The notes beneath the pieces were generated by a model. It ran no database searches and had not been told where the DNA came from. It worked only from the letters and a program-made list of their open reading frames with translations. DNA of 39,626 nt from Chlamydiota bacterium. GTDB taxonomy: Bacteria > Auribacterota > Tritonobacteria > UBA1439. Below, piece after piece: positions 26,801 to 34,498 of the stretch. Each line of letters opens with the position of its first letter. Position 1 is the stretch's first letter. The stretch lies in contig JBAXOY010000014.1 of the NCBI GenBank assembly GCA_037133055.1, forward strand, positions 1-39,626, written 5' to 3'. Both the position numbers and the translations under genes were made by a program.

Positions 26801-26998
26801 CTCCTCGGGGGCGAGGAGAAGGTGGGCCAGGTCACGGGGACCTCGTTCGAGGACCGGACCGCGCGGGCGGGCTCCGCGTGCACCTATCGCGTTGCCGCGC
26901 TCGACGCCGCGGGGCTGCGCAGCGAAAAGTCCGGCACGGCGTCGGCGACGATCCCCTCGCAGGGGGGGTCGGGGTGGGGTATTCCGTTTAAAAAATGA
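23816..26998 (+). CDS. Large lipoprotein: NHL-repeat beta-propeller, CsgG/TolB-N-like domain and six fibronectin type III domains
   Basis: Lipobox LAAGC; NHL repeats (PAGVAVDGEGRIYVSD, PQGIGANPDGLVFVADRGNRRVQVF); RIAIFDF...FEVVER...IDLRLLDVETG; six P..L...W...Y.VYR...Y.V.A.D..G.ES FN3 units. Confidence 0.9.
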   Translation: MKTRFLFAGFGMALLAAGCASPQFYPLPGPPAYGVSLRAVNFEREIANPEWKFLIDVAADRAGNACVLDGSTHQAAVCDTQGRPVLSIGEKGFWSKTFPRPAGVAVDGEGRIYVSDAKNDSVQVFDRTGAYASKIGAKGYGPGDFREAAGIDVDQAGTLYVVDQGNMRLQKFDARGMLVGQIVSGPKIIDKINISRTSGPIKFIAWPKFTRLRDVAVGLDGMTYLLDEGTRAVHVYNPQGAYLFSFGGRGGGRGRFEKPAGIAVGAMGIVCVSDEKNATVQFFDPQGRFLTSVGGAGAGRGQFRGPQGIGANPDGLVFVADRGNRRVQVFSCAVPRQEAAPVARIDKPVRIAIFDFKNNNPQAQARGYGETISEMFITAFARRAVFEVVERKQLRKLIDELYLDQSGVVDEDTTKKLGKVLGVDIALAGGVSLFAGSIEIDLRLLDVETGRVIIPDSIKAAAENQLRALVDREVLRLEQAYLVRFYPPAPPVGLTVSGGIREAAISWKANEEPDFREYRVYRAPAEGGPYTLVAKTRETQWEDRGLSDGTACFYRVTAIDADGKESKQSPASSANTRAKPVVGELQVQPQAQVKKSAFSWTENEQDVTGYVIYRASSPDGAYTKAGESRTPAFSEKGFGDGETHYYKVAKKYRNGLESEPSKQFSVGTKPRPAVPEGFAAASGLARTVKIEWANPKEKDIREFRVHRSDSEAGEYKKIASVKPGWISSPSYTDTGLKDNATYYYTIESIDADNLASPMSAPVKATTKPAPSMPRGLTAGGGKARNVPLSWERNPEKDITAYRVFFSEKENGPFRKIAEATDPSFVHKGLKDISTYHYRILAIDRDGLLSEFSGTVTATTKPLPVKPAGLTAGSGLARSVRLEWAPNPERDIAHYTVYRRVGGRGSFAEAGQARTPGHTDTGLEDGKNYQYEIRAVDVEGLMSEPSERAEAATKPRPSPPDALKAEARDGLIALSWTASRESDIAGYEIYRSSGWNLLGGEEKVGQVTGTSFEDRTARAGSACTYRVAALDAAGLRSEKSGTASATIPSQGGSGWGIPFKK

Positions 26999-27059
26999 AA
27001 TCCGGAATCCGGACCGCCTTGCATCCAACCGCCCGGCGCTCGAAACACGTCGAGATCCA

Positions 27060-28862
27060 TTACTCGGTCAGGCTTCTAAGCCTCACCGCCCCCCCGAGCC
27101 GGTAGAGGGTGAACGTGGGTCCCTTGCACGGATACGTTGCGGGGCTGAAGACCTTCACGACCGTCCCCTTCCTGGGCAGCGACGTGTAGAAATCGCTCAT
27201 GAATCTGAACCGCTCCGGGAGCTTTTCACGCTCGCCGTAGCGGCCGGCACTGACGGCGGAGACGAGGGCGTAGTCGTAGTCGCCGAGCGCATCGAGCCGC
27301 GCCTTCATCAGCTCGGGCGTCATCCATTCCTCCTCGTAGCCCTTTCCCCCCTTGACCATGTGGAAGCCGCGGGGGTGGAGTATCCGCGTGATGTCAAATC
27401 CCCTTCGTCCGCGCGCCGCCCGGCGCTGCAGGTCGAAGTAGATCCCGGACTTTTCGCGGTAGGCGAAGCCCTGCCGTGGCCCCTCCTCCTTGAGTCGCTG
27501 CTCGCGCAGGATGCTTGCCTCGGATTGGGGCACGGGTGCTGAGTCCACCAGGATACGCGTCCCGGCGGGCAGGTGCGCCGTGATCCACCGCGCCGCGACG
27601 AACGGCGTATCGGGCATGATCATATCTTCGACGAGCCGCGCGCTACTGATGAGCGAGGGGATCGCGATCGCCGCAGTGACAGCCGCGAAAAGCGCGGTCG
27701 ACGCCACTCTCATCATTCCTGTCCCCGCACGGGCGGGGAAGAAGCGCCGCGTGAGCCAGTCGACCGCCGCATCCGCAAACGCCGCCGCGGCCAGGGCAAA
27801 GAACGGGTAGCAGATCAGCATGTACCGGTCGTAGAAGAGCCGCGAGCGACCGATCACAAGATAGAAGGCAGTCGGGATAATCGCGATAAGGATATCGTCC
27901 CTGCGATGCCGGATCCAAAGGAAGGCCAACCCCAGAAGGCATGCGGCGGCAACTGCCGCGCCCATCCCCTGCGGCATGTAGCGGAGGGCGAAGGCGATGT
28001 GCAGGTTGGGAAGCTTTACCCATCCGTACTCGCCCACGTCAAGCGGTTGCGTGAGAAGGAGCGAGACATTCGCGAGGTACTCCCGAGGGGAGAGGATGAG
28101 AAACGGACAGACCACGAGGAATGCCGCCGCTGAAGCCGCGAGGGCGCCGCAGAGCGCCCCCCACGAGGCGGATCTCCGGAATGTCCCCGCAGCGGGGAAG
28201 AGGATGGCTATTGAAAAAACCCCCGTGTACTTCGTCCCCATGGCAACCCCCGCGAGCGCCCCCGCGACGAACAGAGGCAAGGCGCGGCCCGTTCTCATGG
28301 CTCGAACGGAGGAAAGAGCGGTGAGCAGCACGATGACCACAAGGAGGGGCTCGGTGCAGCCGTAGTGCGAATACTGCACGGCGAGCGGCATGACGGAAAA
28401 GAAGGCGCAGGCGGCGAGTCCGCACCGGGGCGAGTAGACCTCCTTCCCGAGCGCGTACAGGAGCAGCACCGCGGGGATCGTGAGGAGCGCGCTCGCGCCG
28501 CGGGCGATGATGTAGAACGGGCCGGGGTCGATCAGGTACTGGAGGATGAAATCCCGCGAGCCGTGAAACCAGCCCGCCGCCGAACCGAGCAGGTAATATG
28601 CGGTGTACAGCGCAAAGAGGATGTAACTGTAGAGGGGGGGATGGAAAAACCAGTGCGGGTTGAGATCCCCCGTGCCGTACTTCAGTGCGGTGTAGATGAA
28701 CTCGTCCTCCTCGATGTAGGACTTGTCCGGCAACTGGTGGGAAAGGCCCCAGAACCGCAGGGCGACCGCGAGGCACACAATGCCCCAGAGCAGCGCCCGC
28801 CGCCCCCGGGAGACGCCCGCGCCTTCCGCCGGTGCCGCGACGCCGCGCGCCGTGCATCTCAT
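27060..28862 (-). CDS. GT-C fold membrane glycosyltransferase (ArnT/PMT-like)
   Basis: ALRFWGL, acidic EEDE loop, NPHWFFHPPLYSY, GLAACAFFSV.P, AMGTKY, DRY and many TM segments. ATG 28862 overlaps the DHH stop. Confidence 0.85.
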   Translation of the reverse strand: MRCTARGVAAPAEGAGVSRGRRALLWGIVCLAVALRFWGLSHQLPDKSYIEEDEFIYTALKYGTGDLNPHWFFHPPLYSYILFALYTAYYLLGSAAGWFHGSRDFILQYLIDPGPFYIIARGASALLTIPAVLLLYALGKEVYSPRCGLAACAFFSVMPLAVQYSHYGCTEPLLVVIVLLTALSSVRAMRTGRALPLFVAGALAGVAMGTKYTGVFSIAILFPAAGTFRRSASWGALCGALAASAAAFLVVCPFLILSPREYLANVSLLLTQPLDVGEYGWVKLPNLHIAFALRYMPQGMGAAVAAACLLGLAFLWIRHRRDDILIAIIPTAFYLVIGRSRLFYDRYMLICYPFFALAAAAFADAAVDWLTRRFFPARAGTGMMRVASTALFAAVTAAIAIPSLISSARLVEDMIMPDTPFVAARWITAHLPAGTRILVDSAPVPQSEASILREQRLKEEGPRQGFAYREKSGIYFDLQRRAARGRRGFDITRILHPRGFHMVKGGKGYEEEWMTPELMKARLDALGDYDYALVSAVSAGRYGEREKLPERFRFMSDFYTSLPRKGTVVKVFSPATYPCKGPTFTLYRLGGAVRLRSLTE

Positions 28863-29842
28863 CGTCCCATCCTTTCCCGGCGCAGCGCGCCGATGACCCC
28901 GCGGACGACCGTGTCGAGCGGCGCGAGGACCAGCGCCCCCGCCGAGGTCCGATGGCCGCCGCCGCCGAATGACCGAGCGATCTTCCCCACGTCCGTCCGG
29001 CCGAGCGCGCGGAGGCTCACCCGGATGCGAGCCCTTCCCTCCTCGCAGAAGACGGCGATGACGTCGACGCCGCCTATCGTGAGCGGGTAGCGCGTGAACG
29101 ATTCGGTCTCCCTCGGGTCGACGCGCAGCCGCCGCCAGTGCCGCTCCCTGACGGTCATCCAGACGATGCGCCCCCGCGCGGTGGTCTGAAGCCCCGCGAG
29201 GGTGGCGCCCGCCAGCTTCAGCAGACGCGGGGAATCGTGCCCGTACATCTCGAGCCACGCCGACTTCGGGTCCACCCCCCTGCGGAGGAGGTCCGCGGCG
29301 ATCTCGTGGGTCACGGCGTTCGTCCCGAGGAAATTGAACGACACAGTGTCCATGTGGATCCCCGCGTAGAGCGCGAGCGCCGCCGCCCGGCCGATCCTTC
29401 TCCCGCACGCCCCGTAGAGCTCGTAGATGAGCTGCGCGGTCGAGCAGGCCCCCGCGTCCACCGCCCGCGTTTCCGCGTCCACGGTGTTACCCGGGTGGTG
29501 ATCGATGCAGACCCTCCTGACCCCGAGGCGGCGCGTCGCCGCGTCCAGCACGCCAAGGCGGTCGTTCGTGCTGGCGTCGAGCATGAACACGGCGTCGGCG
29601 GCCGCGATCAGGGAGTCGAGGCCCGGGCGGTACGTCCGCAACGACCCCGCCCCCGGGAGGAAACGATATGATTTCGGCACCGGCGAGGGCATGATGCCCG
29701 CGGACTTTTTCCCCATGGCCCCGAGGAGCATCAGGAATGCGACTGAGGATCCGATCGAGTCGCCGTCCGGATAGACGTGGCTGGTCGCCACGAAGGCGCG
29801 GCCGGACTCTATGATTTCGCGCACCCGCGTCCAGTCTGTCAC
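28859..29842 (-). CDS. DHH/DHHA1 phosphoesterase (NrnA-like)
   Basis: Motifs HVYPDGDSIGS, LDAS, IDHH, GIHMDT, VSLR and FGGGGH; GTG start at 29842. Confidence 0.9.
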   Translation of the reverse strand: MTDWTRVREIIESGRAFVATSHVYPDGDSIGSSVAFLMLLGAMGKKSAGIMPSPVPKSYRFLPGAGSLRTYRPGLDSLIAAADAVFMLDASTNDRLGVLDAATRRLGVRRVCIDHHPGNTVDAETRAVDAGACSTAQLIYELYGACGRRIGRAAALALYAGIHMDTVSFNFLGTNAVTHEIAADLLRRGVDPKSAWLEMYGHDSPRLLKLAGATLAGLQTTARGRIVWMTVRERHWRRLRVDPRETESFTRYPLTIGGVDVIAVFCEEGRARIRVSLRALGRTDVGKIARSFGGGGHRTSAGALVLAPLDTVVRGVIGALRRERMGR

Positions 29843-29896
29843 CTCGCGAGTCCTCCGCCCGCGCCCGCTGCCCGAACGAAATAATCGTCCTGCCCG

Positions 29897-29925
29897 TTGA
29901 CAAAAACCGGGGCGCCCCATATAAT
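29897..29925 (+). promoter_or_regulatory. Perfect-consensus sigma70 promoter
   Basis: TTGACA (29897-29902), 17 nt, TATAAT (29920-29925). Confidence 0.88.
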
Positions 29926-29979
29926 AGCCGGAAGTAACCCGTAAAGCAACTTCCTGCACAGGCGATGGGCCGATCATTT

Positions 29980-31038
29980 ATGGAAGAGACCAGACCCGGG
30001 GAGAACCGCATAGAGCCTCAACAGCCTCCGCAGAAGGCCGCCGCCCCCGTCGAGCCCTTTCCGGCGAAGGGGAATCCTCAGCCCCCCGCGCCGCGCCCCG
30101 AGCGCCGCAGGGCTCCCCGGCAGGAATCCGCCGCGGAGGCTAAAAAACCCCGCCCCCCCGCTGCGCAGAAACCAAACGGACTCATCCCTGATATATCGCC
30201 CGCGGACGGGGGGGAATCTTCCTGGTCCCGCCTCCTCATCGTCATACTCGCCGTCCTCGCCCTCGCCGAGCTCGGGGCCGTGATCTACTACTATTCGCAG
30301 TTCTATTCGCAGACCCTCGTCGCGAACTCGCTGCAGGGCAAACTCGACCGGTCGACCGCGGCCGCAAAAGCGCAGAGCTCCGAGTTTGTCCGCCAGTCGG
30401 ACATGCTCTCGGGCCTGAAGGGCGAGTTCGTCAAGGTGGATGAGGAGCGACGCGGGTTGAAAAAAAGCATCGAGGAGCGGCAGAAAACCTTCACGGTGAT
30501 GGAGGGGCGCCTGAAAGAGGCCTTGGAGAGCGCGGCTGCGGCGAAGGCCAACCTCGCCCGCCAGGAGCAGATCGCCGTGTACCTCCGCACCCGCCTCAAG
30601 GAGAGCAAGGGGACCGAGCTCCAGCTCATGGACAGGCTCGAGTCCGCCGCGCGGGAAAAAGCCGCCCTGTCGACGAAGCTTGTCCGCGCCCGGGAGGGAG
30701 ATCTGGAGCCCGAGACCCCGCCCGGGGGCGACGAGATCCCCCTCAAGGAGACCGTCGTGACCGAGGCCGCGGCGACGCCCAACGAAATCGCCGGCCAGGT
30801 GCTTGTCTCGCATGACAAGTACAACTTCGTCATCGTCAACCTCGGGAGCGAGGACGGCATCGCCGTGGGAAACGTGGGGGTCATTGAGCAGAAGGGCGTC
30901 GAGGTCGGGAAGGCCAAGGTGAAGAAGCTCTATCCCCGGATGTGCCTCGCCGACGTCGTTTCCGCGTCACCCGACGGAAAGGTCGAGAAGAATTTCGTCG
31001 TCAAATTCAGCCGCGCCCCCCGCGGCGGCGGGACATAA
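29980..31038 (+). CDS. Hypothetical single-TM coiled-coil protein with a C-terminal beta domain
   Basis: Pro-rich N-terminus, TM LLIVILAVLALAELGAVIYYY, long heptad region, then GQVL...NFVIVNLGSEDGIAVG...VGKAKV. The start may be 29965. Confidence 0.8.
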   Translation: MEETRPGENRIEPQQPPQKAAAPVEPFPAKGNPQPPAPRPERRRAPRQESAAEAKKPRPPAAQKPNGLIPDISPADGGESSWSRLLIVILAVLALAELGAVIYYYSQFYSQTLVANSLQGKLDRSTAAAKAQSSEFVRQSDMLSGLKGEFVKVDEERRGLKKSIEERQKTFTVMEGRLKEALESAAAAKANLARQEQIAVYLRTRLKESKGTELQLMDRLESAAREKAALSTKLVRAREGDLEPETPPGGDEIPLKETVVTEAAATPNEIAGQVLVSHDKYNFVIVNLGSEDGIAVGNVGVIEQKGVEVGKAKVKKLYPRMCLADVVSASPDGKVEKNFVVKFSRAPRGGGT

Positions 31039-31107
31039 GAGTCCCGCCCCCGCGCCGGCCGGCCGCAAAGCCGGTCCCGGGCCCAAGAGCCTGTCCAAGC
31101 AATCGCC

Positions 31108-32505
31108 ATGAGACCGAAACTGTCGCTGAGATTCATCGTGGGCGCCGCGGTCTTCATCGATATCGCGCTCATCCTCCTCGCCGACATCCTCTCCTTCAAG
31201 ATCCGCTACGGCATCGACGTCCACAAGGACAATCTGGATGCGTACCAGCGGATCGCGATCTTCGTGGTGCTGCTCCGCGTGATATGCCTCTACGTCTTCG
31301 GCCTGTACGAGAAGCCGAAGTACAAGACCAGCCTCGAGAACATCGCGAACATCATCAAGGCGATGACCGTGAGCACCCTCATCATCATCGCGGTCGCCTA
31401 TTTCTCCAAGGCATTCGCCTATCCCCGCTCCGTCATCCTGATCTCGTGGGGGCTCACCGCCGCCCTCATCACGGGGTGGCGGGTGATCATACGGCATCTG
31501 ATCAACGCCCTCGTCGGGCACGACTATTTCGTCTCCCACCTCCTGATCGTCGGCACCGACCAGAGTGCCCTGCGGCTCATGCTCCAGCTCACGCGCCGGG
31601 CGGGGATCAAGACCGAGCTCGTCGGCTATATCGCCACCGGCGACCCGGAGCCGGCGGTGGACCGGGGGATGATCCTCGGCGCCGTGGAGGACCTCCCCTC
31701 GATCATCGCGAGCCGCCCGATCGACGATGTGGTCATCTCCTCCCCCGACCTCCCGCGCGAACGGGTGGCGGAGATTTTTACCTACTTCATCAACACCGAC
31801 ATCATCTTCAAGACGGTCCCGGATCTCTACGAGGCGGTCGTCGGAAGGGTGGCGGCGACCGCCGCCGAGAAGAATATCCCCCTCATCGAGCTCACCACCT
31901 CACGGTACGGGCGCGGGTGGTACCGGGGGTTCAAGCGGGTGCTCGACATCGCGCTTTCCCTTGCGGCGCTCTTCGTCGCCGGGCCGACCCTCATGCTCCC
32001 GATAGCCCTGCTCATCAAGCTCACCTCGCGCGGCCCCGTTCTGCACACACAGGAGCGCGCCGGGCTGCACTGCCGCCCGTTCACGATGCTCAAGTTCCGC
32101 ACGATGGTTATCAACTCGGAGAAGGTGACCGGGCCGGTGTGGACCGCGCCGGACGACGCGCGGATACTCGGCATCGGGCGGTTTCTCCGCCGCACGCACC
32201 TCGACGAGCTTCCCCAGTTCATCAACGTGCTGCGGGGCGAGATGAGCGTCGTCGGCCCCCGGCCGGAGCGGCCCCACTTCGTCCGCTCCCTGATACGCAG
32301 CATCCCCTTCTACACCGAGCGGCTCGAGGTGTACCCGGGCATCACCGGCTGGTCTCAGGTAAACCTTCGGTACGCCTCCACCCTCGAGTCGAACGCCCAG
32401 AAGCTCGTGAGCGACCTTTACTACATCGAGAACATGTCGCTTCCGCTGGATCTGTGGATCATGGTCAAAACGGTGGGGGTGATGCTGGGCGGGCGCGGCG
32501 TGTGA
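31108..32505 (+). CDS. Polyprenyl-phosphate sugar phosphotransferase (priming glycosyltransferase, WcaJ/WbaP family)
   Basis: N-terminal TM helices; motifs KRVLDI, KFRTM, LDELPQFINVLRGEMSVVGPRPE, PGITGWSQV and DLYYIEN. Confidence 0.95.
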   Translation: MRPKLSLRFIVGAAVFIDIALILLADILSFKIRYGIDVHKDNLDAYQRIAIFVVLLRVICLYVFGLYEKPKYKTSLENIANIIKAMTVSTLIIIAVAYFSKAFAYPRSVILISWGLTAALITGWRVIIRHLINALVGHDYFVSHLLIVGTDQSALRLMLQLTRRAGIKTELVGYIATGDPEPAVDRGMILGAVEDLPSIIASRPIDDVVISSPDLPRERVAEIFTYFINTDIIFKTVPDLYEAVVGRVAATAAEKNIPLIELTTSRYGRGWYRGFKRVLDIALSLAALFVAGPTLMLPIALLIKLTSRGPVLHTQERAGLHCRPFTMLKFRTMVINSEKVTGPVWTAPDDARILGIGRFLRRTHLDELPQFINVLRGEMSVVGPRPERPHFVRSLIRSIPFYTERLEVYPGITGWSQVNLRYASTLESNAQKLVSDLYYIENMSLPLDLWIMVKTVGVMLGGRGV

Positions 32506-32541
32506 AGACGGTTCAAGGTTGAAGACGCACCGGAATTTCCA

Positions 32542-33354
32542 TCAATCGAGGGGGAATCTCGGCAGGGTCGCGTGCGCCCCCGCGGGAACCAGCCTTTTCC
32601 TGAGCGCCGCGTAGAGCCTCCCGCCCAGCAGCGACCTGCCGATTCCCTTCCCGCGCTCCCTGACGTAGCGGGAGGCGAGGGGCCAGAAGGCCCCTTCCAG
32701 TATCCGGCCGACCGTTTCCGCAGCGTCCGCGCTCCGGAGGCAGAACCTCCGAAGGTCGAGGCGGTCGAGGGGCAGGCGGTTGTAGCCGAACCGCGAGCCG
32801 CATATCGCCTCATACCCGGCCTCGGCGGCAAGCTCCCCCGTGGATGGCCCCCGGTATCCCCCGGGCAGGGAAAAATACCTCACCGGCGAGCCCAGCCGGT
32901 CCTCAAGGAGCCTTTTTGATCCCGCGAGCTCCTCCCGCGCCTCGCGCGGCGGCACGGCGGCAAGGTTCGCGTGCGTCATGCCGTGCGACCCCACCTCGAA
33001 TCCCGCGCGGCGCATCTCCCCAAGCTCAGCCCAGGTCACCCAACCCCTGCGCCCAACCATCCCCGCCACGGGGAAGATGACCGCCCTGAAGCCCGCCCGC
33101 GAGAGCTCGGGGAAGAGGTGCGCGGCGGCGCTCGCAAGCCCGTCGTCGATGGTGATCACGCAGGCGTTTCCGCACGCCCCGCCCCGCGAGAGGAACTCCC
33201 CGAGGGTGACGGCCTCGTATCCGCGCGCGCGGAGAAGGGAGAGGTGCCTGCGAACTGACTCCAGGGGAAGGGCGTAAAGCGGGTCTCGGATGGCATCTTC
33301 GCCGTGCTCCGCGACGCCGTGGTAGAGAAAGACGGGGCTGCCGCGCCTATTCAT
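32542..33354 (-). CDS. Polysaccharide deacetylase (CE4/NodB family)
   Basis: Motifs LYHGV, ITIDDG, GSHGMTH and FSLPGG. Confidence 0.88.
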   Translation of the reverse strand: MNRRGSPVFLYHGVAEHGEDAIRDPLYALPLESVRRHLSLLRARGYEAVTLGEFLSRGGACGNACVITIDDGLASAAAHLFPELSRAGFRAVIFPVAGMVGRRGWVTWAELGEMRRAGFEVGSHGMTHANLAAVPPREAREELAGSKRLLEDRLGSPVRYFSLPGGYRGPSTGELAAEAGYEAICGSRFGYNRLPLDRLDLRRFCLRSADAAETVGRILEGAFWPLASRYVRERGKGIGRSLLGGRLYAALRKRLVPAGAHATLPRFPLD

Positions 33355-34210
33355 CGCCGGGAAGCACCTTGAGGTTTTTCATTTCTCCGGAAGAGACAAC
33401 GCGGAAGACGGTGAGCTCCGGTCTGCAGAAAAAGCGCATCGGTCGCGCCTTCCATCCGGTCCCGCGGTTCACGTAGAGCAGGGTTCCCCTGACTCGGTAG
33501 AGCCCCGCCGTGTACGGGCCCCGGCGCGCGTAGCTCGAAAACCGTTGCAACGCCGGGGCGCCGATCTGGCCGCCGTGGGTGTCCCCTGCGAAGACCATAT
33601 CCGCGCCGACGATCGCCGCCTGCTTCACCTCGGCCGGCCGGTGGGCAAGCACGATGACCGTTTCGCCCTCGGGCACCTTCTCGCGGACGGAACCCCACGG
33701 GAAGTCCGGCCCCGCGCCGATAAGCCAGAGCCCGCGTTCGCCCGCGCCGGGCCACCGGATGTGCACGATCTCATTCACCAGGAGGGCGATCCCCGCCCTT
33801 CGCCACCCCGGGTCGCGCCATCGGTCGTTGATGAGCCCCTCGTCGTCGTCTCCCGGGATCGCGTAGCTCCAAAGGCGGGGGGTCACCGTCCGCGCGAATG
33901 CCCAGAACTGTGCGAGGGCCGGGCGGCGCGATACGAGGTCCCCGGTGAAGAACACCACGTCGGGCTTCAGGCGCTCGAACACCCGGGCAAGCTGGGATTC
34001 TACGAACCCGGGAGCGCCCCTGATGTGGAGGTCGGAGATCTGGGCGATGGTGAGCGGTCCGAGCGCGGCCGCGAGCGCGGGGCGGACAACGGTGACGCGC
34101 TCGATCTTCAACCAGTTCGGCTCGAGGATGAACGCGTCGAAATAACCCGCGCCAAGCGCCACGCACAGAAACGCGATGAGCGCGGAGGCGACGAGGAGTA
34201 TCTTGTGCAT
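33347..34210 (-). CDS. Membrane-anchored calcineurin-like metallophosphoesterase (YkuE/YaeI-like, degenerate motifs)
   Basis: N-terminal TM; motifs EPNWL, QISDLH, TGDLV, LAHRP, GDTHGGQ, YVNRGTG and RFFCRPE. Confidence 0.82.
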   Translation of the reverse strand: MHKILLVASALIAFLCVALGAGYFDAFILEPNWLKIERVTVVRPALAAALGPLTIAQISDLHIRGAPGFVESQLARVFERLKPDVVFFTGDLVSRRPALAQFWAFARTVTPRLWSYAIPGDDDEGLINDRWRDPGWRRAGIALLVNEIVHIRWPGAGERGLWLIGAGPDFPWGSVREKVPEGETVIVLAHRPAEVKQAAIVGADMVFAGDTHGGQIGAPALQRFSSYARRGPYTAGLYRVRGTLLYVNRGTGWKARPMRFFCRPELTVFRVVSSGEMKNLKVLPGDE

Positions 34211-34479
34211 CACTCCCCTTCGGCGGGCAGATCGAACTCCATCGCGCGCGCGGCGGGGGGGGGGACCTTCCCGCCCCCCGGGGGCCCTTCCTTCTCGATT
34301 GCCCGGACCTCGGCGAGCGGGGGGCGCAAAATGCTTACCAGCTTGCCGGCGAGGAGATAGCCGATGCCCAGTCCGAGGCACGCGCCGACGATCACGAGAA
34401 TTATCTTCTCCGGGCCGCCGGGCTTCACGGGCGCCCGGTCCGTGGAGCCGACACGCTCCTTGACCCGGATCTTCACCAT
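34210..34479 (-). CDS. Small single-TM hypothetical protein
   Basis: MVKIRVKE...IILVIVGACLGLGIGYLLAG; its stop overlaps the next ATG (TGATG). Confidence 0.62.
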   Translation of the reverse strand: MVKIRVKERVGSTDRAPVKPGGPEKIILVIVGACLGLGIGYLLAGKLVSILRPPLAEVRAIEKEGPPGGGKVPPPAARAMEFDLPAEGE

Positions 34480-34498
34480 CGCGTGCCCGCGATCGTCC

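Noticed and set aside
23663..27028. 1121-aa minus-strand ORF
   Set aside because: Mirror frame of the clearly structured lipoprotein gene.
29955..29985. Fluoride riboswitch (GGCGATGG start)
   Set aside because: Only the first 8 nt match; the pairing partner and downstream conserved elements are missing, and the gene context does not fit.
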